From Asterias rubens (lineage: Eukaryota): a stretch of 64,000 nucleotides of DNA. The position numbers and the translations under genes were made by a program. Numbering within the stretch: the stretch's first letter is position 1; every line of letters starts with the position of its first letter. The notes under the pieces are model-generated. The model saw only the letters and a program-made list of their open reading frames with translations, searched no databases and was not told the DNA's origin. Positions 36,941 to 49,800 of this stretch are shown here, one piece after another. The stretch lies in the NCBI RefSeq assembly GCF_902459465.1, contig NC_047062.1, positions 9,114,001 to 9,178,000 of the forward strand, read 5' to 3'.

Positions 36941-39737
36941 TATGTCGGTGCGCGACGAAAGAAGATTCTTGGTGAATAATCCAAGCAATATCATTTACCA
37001 GCAACCATTGAAGCAAAACGGGTTAATACTTTACTACTTAATAATAACAAAACCTGGCATGTAAAGTTCCCAAAGAGACATTGGGGTAGACCTACTTTTA
37101 TATATTTTTCAGATGGTGCGTATTTTATTGTAATGTGGTGTTGTTGTCTAGTGTGTAATCCTGGAACTACGTGTATGAGGTTTGTTCCTCTTTTGTTCAA
37201 GATGGAGAAGACAGCAGAACGAACCCCATAGTCTTACTTCTAGATTACCTGGAGCCGATTTCACAAAGACCTACTTTTGATCTTAAATTCAAATCAATCG
37301 CAGTTGCTAAGAAAAGTATGATATCACAATACAAATCACTATGGTGATACTGACAACTCATCTTAAGATGAATCTCAAGGCTTTGTGAAATCAACCCCAG
37401 GTGTCGCTACATCCTAGGTAGAATCCTAACCACATTTCAGGTCATATTGCCCTGTTGGGTTGATCACATCAGTGGAGGCAAATTTAGCACCAAACTAACT
37501 ATCATGGTGGATGTTAATTTTGCACCGGACGCGGACGTAAAGAATGTACTTTGGATCCTTGCACCCATGTGTATCAAGAACTGTTTACTCTCCCAAGGTC
37601 TGTGAAAACTAGGTTACATGTACAAATACATAATTTTTTCTGTTACTCTTATTTATTTAAATGATGGTGGTTATCCACTGTTCTATATGGTAAAAACAAA
37701 ACACTGGCAAACAACTTGGGTGGGATTCAAACCCACTACCTTTGCATCGCTAGAGCAGACTAGACCACAGCTAGCTAGTAGTAGAGGCAGTATGAATCAT
37801 GGTGGTTTGTCATGATAGTGTATTAATTAGAATTTATGTTTTTTAAAAACCTTTTTTTTTTTTTCACTATCAGTGCTGGACTGTTGACACTAGAATCAAA
37901 ATGCATGGTCCTATCCATCAACTACATGTAGAATGAAAGATGGGGACTATCATATGATTGCCTGTTAACATTTGGTTGAAGATTGTCAGAAGTATCAGCA
38001 GAAATATTGGTAAAATCTTAATGACCAATGTATATATACCATTTACCAATTGAATTTAAGTCAATGAGGGATTAAAAGGGTAGCGACGAGCTCCTTAATG
38101 GCCGCTTAAAACAGGCAGGGTCGTTGCTGTGAGATAAAGGCCCGAGCCGAAGGTGAGGGTTATTATCGCATAGCAACGATCCTGCAATATTTTAAACGGA
38201 CGTATAAGAATGAGTCACTACTCTTTTATTCCCATTCATAAATAACCTTTTATTAAAAAACTTTAAAAAAATATGTTATAGACACTTTGACAATTGGAAG
38301 TTCTAGGTTTGAAGTATTTTTTTCAAAAACTTGTGAAGAATCTGTTTGATGCCCGTGGGTTGTGTGCGTGCTTAGAAATAGATTGCGCGCTGTTAATAAT
38401 AGCTATGAATTTTGCGTGCCGCGTGATAGTATTGGCAAACGCGGGCACCCGACACGCGGAGGCAAGCCATTTATAAACAGCCCCAGCTGGTCATTACCAA
38501 CCGTTTAAACACCCCCATGTGACACGCTCTCCACCAATAGGAGTGGCGAAAGTGTCTGGGGTATTTATGAATGGGGTTTTAAAATACACTCTCTAAGTCT
38601 AACATGAAGTGCATAGCCAATCCATAGCATGCACTGCTGTTATAAAAACAATTATGGGAAAGGTCATAATTAAATTGACAATTGATTTGTTTCCAAAGCA
38701 TGGTACATACATAGTAGGCTTATACATGTACAAGAAAAAAAGATCACTCAAACAACTTAAAGATACACAAGATGTACACTTGTTCTCACCATAGTTTGTC
38801 TTGTGCATAATTGCTGCTCTACAGACAAAGTATTTTGTGTGTATGATGTACACAGTACAAATGCTGGTACGCTTTCTTACAAGGCAAGTTCCATGATCAA
38901 TGTTTCTATAATGTGCCCTACTTAATAGTAATTGTAGGGGTTGTTTTTGCTACATGAATTTACACTGACTGTATGGAACATTTTCATTGGGCTTGGGCAA
39001 TGTTGAACAACCAGTGGTCGAGTGATGTACACTTTTCATATTGTACCGTTGACCTTCTGCTTAGTGTTTTTAATGTATGCATAGTGATGATTTTTAAACA
39101 TGAATACCAGCTACCTCCTACATTAAATTATACATTTTTAATCCCGAAGCAGTGTTTGTGTGTGCAGCACATAGCTTGGTCTTGGATCAAGAAGATCATT
39201 ACATGTAAATATACACAGTTCACTTTTCCCATTTGCAAACAATGCTATCTGGAGTCTTACCCAATTGTAATGCATGGCTATTGTTGTACATGGTGACGGA
39301 TTATGGCTATCTGAAAAAAACAAATGACCCCTCGCTTTTAAAAATTATAATCAAAAATAAATATTCTTTATTCCGATGCAAATTTAATAAACCATAAATA
39401 CATTACTTTGTCGCCTTGAAATGATTAAATACTTGCTTTTTATTACTATGTATTAGGGCCTACATAATATAACTTGGTTAGTGTACTGACTCCATCTTGA
39501 TTGGCTGTACTCATTATTATGTCTAATGGACCATTGTGTTGGTTTTTAGATGAACTAATTGTGACCTTCACACTGCCACTGTCTACATGTAGACCTGTCA
39601 TATTGACCAGTGGACTTCAGGCTTGTTCTCATACTGTAGTACAGCTGCTGGTAATACATGTCATTTGTAAACCAACCAGGGGCCATCCATTCATATTCAG
39701 ATTAATCAATGGGGTTACATTTTGAAATGGATACAAT

Positions 39738-39885
39738 AATGGGAGACTTTCTGGGACGATAGAGGGCAGCAGACTTACCGGGTAAATCCATTGTTCTCAG
39801 AATTATGCGCATGTTCAGAACTACGTAAACAATGGAAATTTACCCGGTATGTCTGCTGCCTCCTAGCGTTGGAAAGTCTCCTATT
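39738..39885. mobile_element. 148-bp palindromic MITE; second copy at 58961-59103
   Basis: AATGGGAGACTTT ... AAAGTCTCCTATT with inner inverted arms GCAGCAGAC-TTACCGG / CCGGTA-TGTCTGCTGC. Confidence 0.88.
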
Positions 39886-42800
39886 GCTGTTCAATGACAT
39901 ACCATTTACTGAAGCAAGCCTGGAATCACACAGGGGCCACAAAGGTCATGACTCTGTTGTCCCTGCTCTTGGCCTTGGTGCCCCTTCAAAGTTAACATTT
40001 TTTTTTTTTTTTTTTAATATTTATTATAAACTCTGGAACGGTTAAGTCCAAGCACGAAGAATACTTTATAATTGGAATACACAATCTGAGAACTGTTTCT
40101 GACCAATACATTTCTCAAGTTCAACTCTGGGGGAAAAAAACAAGTAACTTTTGCCATAAAACCACAATTCTGTGAATTTAAATGAATCTCTAAATGCTTT
40201 ATATTATTCAAAGCTGCTATACTTCTTATATAAAAGTAAGTTTGTATTGCCATTAATTTTTAGGAGTGGATACAAAACATGTACATTTTCAAGTTCCTTT
40301 CAAGAGTTTCCAATGGAAGTGCCCTTTGGTAAAATGAAAATGGCCTTGCCCTCTAAAAGATAAAAATGTTTTGATAATTAACCCTTACTTAGCAATCACA
40401 TTTTTTCAGTATAGAAAATAATTAAGTGACATACCGACGAATAATTTCATAGTAATTTTGCGTATATAGAGTTAAACTTTTGAAAATGATTTGGGCACAC
40501 TGCAAGCCATTATTCAGCAGAAAACTTTTTTTTAATTTGATGTCTAACAATTTTGTGTAACATTTTGCTATGTTACATTATAAAGGGAAATGGTTAAACT
40601 GCACACTGCATATGACAACCCATGTACATGTATGTGGAACACATATATTTATCTGCAATTACACTCACACTCTCAGATGACTTGTTTCTTCAAGAATGTC
40701 ATCACTAATTAGAATATCAAGAATTTACATACACTGTAAAGCTCTGGCATTTAGTTTTAACTAACAAGCAATCACTTTATCAATTACATCACAACCCAGT
40801 AATGAATGAACAATAATCTAAATGATACATGTTGTGCACATCATCCAATTGACCTCCCTGGGGATCATGGTGCCTGGGGAGGGATTAATGTCACATCAAG
40901 ACTGAGTTCAAGTTCAACTCAGACCACCATTAGCATTCCAAGCATTTTCAACAAAGTTAATTGAATAAAATATTTAAGTAACACCAACAGTATTTTTAGG
41001 AAGTCTGTGTGTCTGAGTACTATGGAATGGATTGTGCTATTTTGATGAGGATGGATGTTGTATTTAATCCCCTGCACTAAAATGCTTAATCAGGCGTTTT
41101 GACAATCTGCGCGGAACACCTCTTGTTTATTTTATTTTGTTGTCACCTTAAAATATAACATTATTATTCTTGTTAGTCGGCCTTAACTTGATCCTGCTTT
41201 AAAAGCTGAATATATTGCTTAACAATTTTCTACTCAGCAGAAATGAGCAGGAAACCAGTTGCAAATTGTACATTATGACATGATAGTTTGGCTGGTTAAC
41301 TTTTTCTGGTAAGCAAAATGTTGTTGTGCTTACCTACTCTTTCTGCTTTTAAGGCAGATGTAAGTAGGTCCTGTTAACTGTAGTGTTGATGCTGATACAT
41401 TTAAGGTGATTAAATGACAATGGTAAAAAGAAAAGCCTATCATAACAACAAATCAATTTGATAAAACATCGCTTGTCGAATTTATCAGTCAGTTGCCTTC
41501 AAAATAGTTCATGTTAAAAGCTGTTCAACTCTTATGACAATAATGATTGTGGGTTTTGCTTTGTGTACTTTATATATTGCCAAATTACCAACTTCCTCAA
41601 AGTGTTAAGGCTTAAGGCACTTTGTTATTTAGCAGGTCTGTTATCGGGTCAAATTCTAAGTCAAACATAGCCCTTAAATATTTCCAGGACTAGCTCAGGG
41701 CAGGAATTACTTGTGACTTGCGTTGGAAACAAAATTCTTTTTGCTTGACATGACTTGACTAGGGTAGACTTTAAGATTTTTCAACAGAAGTCCCTTTGCA
41801 AAATGAAGATGATGGCCTCTCATTTCAAAGATAAAATTCCTGGACAGTCCCATCTGCATGTATTATGTGTGTAATGTTCATGTGAACAGAGACTCAGAGA
41901 GACCTTTATTTGGTGACTAGAAAAGTGGCACATTGAACATTCTGAGACTCCCTGAAGCACTTTGGTAATGGTACAGGGCAAGTAGTGTCTGGCTGTTGCT
42001 CAATGCTCATGCTACAGATACATTATACTGGAACAGAAAAACATGTACTGAATTGCACATTTAATACATGTACATTGCAAGATGCTGAGTCCTGCCTGTA
42101 CATGTAGTGGTGTAATATGTTTAGTGCATACTTGCATCTGTTTTATGAGGAGACCCAGAACTATGTCTACGTACATTTACACGCAAATGCATACAAATGT
42201 TGCAATGGGTGGACGCTACCAGACTACAGCACTGCAAACCGTTGCATGATTTTTTGTAATTTCTGCATACTGTGCATATTATCCATCTGGGGCTATTAAT
42301 CAAATAATGTCCATGTGTGAGAGATAGAAATATTAATACAGACCCTGGATCCCAGGGGTTTATAAATACATGTGGACTAACCATTGCTTGGTTGATCCCT
42401 TCAGGGATAGAGAGTTTGCCCTTGATCTTAAGATGTTTTACAGGGATGGAGGATTTGCAAATAAGCTGCCAAGCCACAATTGTTGCCTTATAATCTAAGA
42501 GTTTCCTTTGTGTAAGGCTTAGGTGTACTTGAATTAATCATAGTTTGCTGTCCTGACTGAATCACTGTGTGGAGAAATTTCCGATTTTTTATTTGAATCC
42601 AGACTTGTTTTTGTAAGCCTGGTGATAGAAAGATGTCTTTGATTTTCTTTAGATATGAAGAAATCATGTTTTTGGGGTATTTATAGGCATACTTCTGTAG
42701 CTGTGACAATACTTAGTTCGCTAAAGCTTATTGATTTATTTTTGAATAACTGGTGGGGTTATAGGCTACTAAAATGTTATCATAGTATGATATCATACCT

Positions 42801-43680
42801 AGTAGAATTTTGAGACCTTTGTCTCAGCATAGGGACTACTCTTGCTCAATGTATTTAAAGCAATCTAAAACCCATTGAAATAAATTGGTGTAAAAAAATG
42901 CAATTATTCTCAACATTTGATGCAATTTTCAGATGTTAGTGATTTAGGCCTACTCCACATGTTTAAAATATTATGCATAATTCACATACGTACCATGTGT
43001 ACACAGTATGCATTTTGTATCAGATACAGTTAAACCGCATTTACTGCAAAGCCTTCAACACTTTTTTTCTTGTCTATATAGCATTAGTCTAAGGTAGGGT
43101 CATCTTGGTCGGGAACTACTCCAAAAACTGAATGACCATCAAAATTTACTTGGTGAAAATCACTGCAGCTGTTGATAGGATTCCCTTTCAAAAAATATAT
43201 TTTAATCAAAAATATTTTAATCAAAAATATATATTTTGTACCCCAAAATTTATGAATCAGAGAATTTCTCTGATATCTGAGGATTGGCATCTGATCACGA
43301 CCAACACATGCATGGTGGTGATAATGACAACAATTATTATTGTTTATTTTCTGGTAATGAAATCAAGTGGCCTTTATCACTGTATGGCACACCTGAGGAA
43401 ACCTGTAAACAAGAGCACTGGCTATGTGAATCAGAAACACGGTTAATTCGTCCTCTTCAAAGTGTTATGGTTTGTTTTATGTGCAGTACACAGGACCTAC
43501 AGCTTAATGTCCCACTTGAAGGACAAACCAATTATTGTAAAAGCATCTTGCTCAAGGAAACAAGTGTCACAACTGTGACTCAAAACCACACTATGTTGAC
43601 CAAAAATATCAGAGGTTAAGTGCCCCATGATATGCCTACACTGTAATTTGATTATTATTTTTATTATTTAGTTTTAAACC

Positions 43681-43893
43681 ATGCCTCCTATACCGGACCA
43701 GTTCGGTGAGCCGCTACAGATAGTGTCCAACTCCGAAGACCAAGGATTTGAACTGAAAGAAGATGTCCTGGAACAAGTACTACTAGACAAGAGAATCCGG
43801 GATAAGAAAGTATGTGTGCTGTCGGTGGCAGGAGCCTTCCGCAAGGGGAAGTCCTTCCTGCTGGATTTCTTGCTCAGATATCTAGTGAAGCAG
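43681..43893 (+). CDS. ATL: Atlastin coding exon 1
   Basis: aaaccATG with an upstream in-frame TAA; MPPIPDQ...[23 protein letters not shown]|gtaaga. Confidence 0.95.
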
Positions 43894-46800
43894 GTAAGAA
43901 ATGAGATGAGAGACAACATTTCTTAAAGTGAAGGTGGTATATGTTTGGTAATCACTCTTAATGGCAATTAGTAGCAATAAAACCTTTGGTAGGAGGCCCA
44001 CAGCAGAGAAGCGTTTGATAGCATAAAGAATTTTGAGAAACACTTCAAAGTAATGATGTAATGTAAAAAAAAAAATGACAGTTTTTATGCCCACAAATTT
44101 GAATCTGAGAAGTGGACTTGGAACGGAACTTAAATGCCATGTCTTAATGACTCAGTATTAAACTCAAACACCATGAGTTGAATTATTTCATGTCGGGCAG
44201 GAAGGTGCAATCTGGCAGATTTGAGTGATGGCAACATTTGTAGCTCGGCAGACAAGTGTTCACATCAAACAAGAAGACACCCATGCACCCAATGCTTGAT
44301 TGGTACTTTGTGGCAATCTTTGGAATTATATAACTGACATACAGATCCTTGTCATTCGATTGGTGGAACTTATTTCACGTGACATTCACTATTACTCCCA
44401 TCCGCACCGGCGATCAAAAAGACCTATTTGCCCATGGGGAATAGCATTTCCCATTCAACAGTTAAGGTCATCCTTGTTCCCATTGTTTTGAGCAGTACAG
44501 CGCCGCCGCGCCGCTGCTAAAACAAAGGAGCACCTGTGCAAAAGGTTGTGATCCGATTTGTGCATTGTAGCGGCGCTATATGATTTTTGGATGTCAGTAA
44601 TTTGTGTGATTTTTCATAATGTTATACTTTTAAAATACATCAAATGACAAGGATCTATAATGTCAGTTATATAAAACAGATATTGAGTGGCTTTAATTAG
44701 TGGAATGGAAGGAATATACTATCGCTCGGTAAAATTTGGACTGTTCCATTTCACTCGGCTTCGCCTCGTGAAATGGAACATTCCAAATTTTACCTTGCGA
44801 TAATATTCCTGCCATTCCACTCTGAGCCACTCAATATTTGTATACTAGTAGTGTCAGCTGTACCAACAGAAGAAACCCAAGCATCCTATGCTACTAGCAG
44901 GGTTTTTAAAGGGGCATTTGAATTGGGCATTCCCCTTGCAAGTCCTTTACAGTCTACAGGAATATTTTGCAGGGGCACCAAGGTCAAGACCGGAAGACCA
45001 TTAGAAACAGAGGCCATGGCCTCATCAGTGGCCTTGCTGTAATTCCAGGCCAGAATATTATTTGTTGCGATTTGTTGCGGACAAAAAAAAACATTCTCAT
45101 TCTATAAGAGATGTTAAATTTGCATTGGGGATAAAGAATATAGTCCACAGGACTCGGGAAAGTACTGAGTATACAGTGCTAACACACATCGGTGTATGGG
45201 TAAAAACCAAAATTAATATTCTCATTCTAATTGCTCATTTGTTGATAGGGAGCAGCGGACTGGCTAGGACGGGATGATGAGCCACTGAAAGGGTTCTCAT
45301 GGCGCGGTGGATCAGAGAGGGAAACTACAGGGATATGGATATGGAGTAAAGTCTTCTTGTGTCCTGGACCAGATGGAGAAGAGGTAATTAGGGTTGCTAC
45401 ATTTTTGAACATTTATATGATTCAAATTTCTGTTGTTCATCTCATAAAACTGAAACAATCTGAGAAGTTTGTCATTATCTGTTTCAATGCCAAGGTCAAA
45501 CATGTATGATCTCTTTAGTATCTGGAAAGTGCCTTTATTAGTTCAGTTCAGTACAACAGTTATTTCCAATTCCTCAATATAAATACAACGTTTATAAAGT
45601 GATACACAAAATGTAGGAAATTGGGGGCAACAACCAAGTACAGCTTGTGTTAGGGAGTGTTCATGCAACGAAAAGATCCAATACATATACAAGAGATCCA
45701 ATACATATACAAGAGAGTACATGGATGATCTACTCTATGTATCTCAGTGTGTTATCAGTCAAACATGTACGTGTACAACTCATAATAAACATGATATCAC
45801 AGGAAGGCATTATCACTCAAGAAATATTAATGACTTTTGTACCGTCAACATACATTTTATTTGGTGAGAGAGACTTTTTCTTATAATACACAATTTTGAA
45901 GAAGAAAAATCAAATTACTGGGGATTTTAGGTTTGAGTTGAAAAAAGAAAGCTCGCCCTGAAAGAGTTGATGCAAACCTTTTTACATCTTTTTTGGTGTG
46001 AATATTTTTGTTGGTTGGTTTGTTTTCCTTCCAAGGCTTTTGTTGTGTTCTTTTAGAATGTATACTTTTGTATGTTATTTTGCCGCAGTTCAACTGTTGA
46101 CTGTGTTGTCTGTTTGTTGTTTGTTTGAATGATCTTCCCATCAAGGGAACTCGGCAAACTCCCACAAGGGGGATATAAACACCAAGCTCTCTCACAAACA
46201 TTGGTTTAAGTCTATGAATTACACAAATCTAGAAACTGTGATTCATTAACTAGACAACTATATTTGTTCTAGTCATTGTGAAATCAGATTGCAAGTCCTG
46301 CAGTCTAACCACTTTGTGTTATAAATCAACTCGATTCAAATCATAAACTTCTCATATTTTTTTTGACATTTAGTTGCTGTTGGCTTTAATTTTTGATGTG
46401 TTTTTTTTGACTCATTAGATTGCGGTACTCCTGATGGACACCCAGGGAGCATTTGACAGTGAATCCACCGTCAAAGACTGTGCTACTGTCTTTGCACTTA
46501 GCACCATGACTAGCTCTGTTCAGGTATGCTCGACAAAAAAAACATAATGTTGAAGTAGGCAGGGATGAGAAATTTGGGCCTTTATCTGAATTCAGACTGG
46601 TCAGCCTGGTGACGAAATCTGCCGTTATTTTTTCCCAACATATGAAGAAATCCTTCTCTTTGATCTACTTCTTTAGTGCTGAGGACACTGTTCCTAAAAG
46701 CTCTGTGAAATCTAGACCCAAGGGGCTACCAAAGGTTGGCAATGCCATCATTTCAACATACCTCTCTAGGATTTTGGATCCAAGTTTCAGTGTTGTTTGT

Positions 46801-49800
46801 CAGACTCTCACTTGGAGTAAGCTAAGTTTCATCCTGTTAGATCAAACTGACTCCCTTGCACATTAACTCTGATGTTTGTTGTCTTCAGGTATACAACCTC
46901 ACCCAGAACATCCAGGAAGATGATCTTCATCATCTGCAACTCTTCACTGAGTATGGACGCTTAGCTATGGAAGACAGCAGCAACAAACCATTCCAGGTAT
47001 ACAAACTTTATGCGAATGTTCTGCCATACCTTCATTTGAGACCAGATAACTTGGCGTATCAAAATGCTATCACTATCAGTGTACTCTCCTGCACTTTCCT
47101 TGCTTTTCCACAAAACACCACAAAGGACCGTCAGTGTCACCCTGCAGGCTCTTTCTACAGAACACCACAAAGGACTGTCTGTGTCACTCCTGCCCAACCA
47201 GCTCTTTCCACAAAACACCACAAAAGACTGTGGAGACCAAGTCCACAGTGCACAAGCCATAGCCATGGCGTTCCCACATAGTACTAGCTGCACAAACAGA
47301 AGATCCACATGCCCATTGGTAGCCTATAACTCTTTGTTCACAGATCATGGACATTGAGACTTGCATATTGACTTTTACGTCACACTCTTGACTTGTGTGG
47401 CTGAGTTAAGCTTCCATTAATATAATGGGTTTTTTTTTTTAACTGTAAATTTCAGCTTTTAGCTTCTGTTTTGCCATGAATAAACCATGATCAATATAAT
47501 TCATGTACTGCTATTTTCCTATAGTCGTTGATGTTTCTGGTAAGGGATTGGAGCTACCCTTATGAATATGACTACGGAGCCGAAGGAGGAAATCTAGTCT
47601 TGGAAAAGAGAATTAAGGTAAATCACTTTAAAGGTATCCCACATTATTGGTTAGGATTCAAAAACATTGTTGTATAGTCTGAAAGCTTACCGAGTATGAA
47701 GTTCATATTAAAGAAACTTGTATCTTGAAAACTAAACATGCATCTGGTTTCTAGCAGATTTGAGTGAATGTTAAAGGAACACTACAGAGTTGGTTTTGCT
47801 GACAAAAGAGTTGCTGGCAGTGTAGGCATTTTATGTAATCCACCATATCCATAAACTGACTAACCTGTAGAAGTTTGAGATTGATCGGCCATTTTGGTCA
47901 CGAGAAAATAGTTAAAAACCGATTACAATTTTTGCATGACATTGATGCAAACAAAAAAATGAATTAGACGCTCACTGAGCGATAAACTCCAAATGCAAAG
48001 TTTAATTATTTATTTCTTATCAAATACGACATTTCAGGCAGAAATATTTCAAGGAATGTTTTCTATCATCATTAAATCGTGTAAATAAAAGTTTGATGTA
48101 AATCTGTGATCTTCACGAATCACGATTTTGTTTCTTACCAATTCTGTAACGTTCCTTTAGGTAAGATTTGAAACTTAGCATGGTGGAAATACAATATAGT
48201 AAGGTTTGCGGCAACACCATGTAATGATAATCTCTAAATGAGTTGGAGTGGTTCTGAAAAGAACCATTGGTTTCAACTCTGGAATAAATGTTGTTCACCT
48301 TTCTGTGTCAACTCTGCAATGAATTATCTCTCTAATTCTTAAAGCAAACGGGAAGCAAACACGAAGAACTCCGCCAAGTTCGTCGTCACATCCACGCTTG
48401 CTTTGAGAAGATCAGCTGTTTCCTGATGCCCCACCCTGGTATGGCCGTTGCACGCAATAGAGAATTTGATGGCCGATTGTCAGGTGAGACTTACTATAGT
48501 GAGAAAAATATGAATAAGATGTGGATCAGTTTGGTGTAATAATTCCAACTCTGTGTTTGTCCTTTGGATTGGGCGCAAAGCCCTTAAGGTCTTGTACAGT
48601 ATGTTGTTTAATATGTTTAGAGCACAGATTAGACAGCGCATTTATCAGTGTCTCTGGCATGGTCGGCAGCAGCTTGCACTCAAAAGCCTCACAAGTAGCT
48701 ATATAAATAGATTTGATTCAAGATGGTTTATTAGGCCAATCCCATCACTTGCAAAATCAATTATTATGACATGTATGAAATACAAAATCAAATACAAGAA
48801 TTCAAATCAATATGAAGCCTTGAAATGCCTTTAGATAAAGCGCTGTGTCACAGGCCTGCCCCCGATTTCACGAAGCGCTGCGACGCGTCGCAAGTGCAAG
48901 TTGCGACCGGTTACACGTCGTAAGTTGCGATGCGTATGAAATCGATTTCATCAAAGTTACAATGCGTTGGATCTGTCGCAAGTTCCTTGACAACGAGGGA
49001 GGACACGTCGTAAGTTACGACTACCCATAGGGTCGTCGTAAGAATGCGATGTTTCATTTGGTTACGCACAAAATGCATGAAAGGACATAACAATTACCAC
49101 ACGTAACTTCCTTGAACCAATCGAGAAGACACTAGACAACAAATGGAAATTTACCCTCCCCCCCCCAAAAAAAAAAAGGATGGGTAAAAGAAAAGAAAAC
49201 ATGCACACGCATAACAAACGAACACACACACACAAACTATTAAAAACAACTAATCAAATAAATAATTATAAACCAACCAAAAATCCCAAACCTAAACACT
49301 AGTCCGAAACGGTTGAGTGTCTGGGACTGTCTGCCATCTTGAATGAACCATAATACACGACTGTTTCATGACCAAGTTGTACACAACATAAAACAGCCGC
49401 AGAACTTTAGCAGTTCATCCTCGTCCAAAGGGTTGTTTTTATTAAGAGTGAAAATAGTGTGTATTGCGACTCGTCGCGCTTACGACGTGTTTGGTGAAAT
49501 GGATTATGGAACTCGTCGCAGCCCAACGTGTCTTAGGTCTGCGACGCATCGCAAACCCTACGATACGTCGCTTCTTGCGATGAGTTTCGTGAAATCGGGG
49601 GCACGAGTTACACGAAAAAAAATAAGAAGAAAAAAATGGTTTATTTATTTTAAAATGTCATCGCAGCATACCGCTGAATTGCGACATGATTTACATTCGT
49701 TAAAAATATTACAATAATTATTAAAAAGCTTTACAATAGAAACTACGTAGTGAGCATTTGATTAAAAAAATCCCCAAAAAGCAATGGAAAAAGCAATGTT

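Noticed and set aside
46997-47281. Extension of the 141-aa ORF past atlastin exon 4
   Set aside because: Read-through of a valid donor into an intronic minisatellite; the atlastin sequence resumes at 47525.
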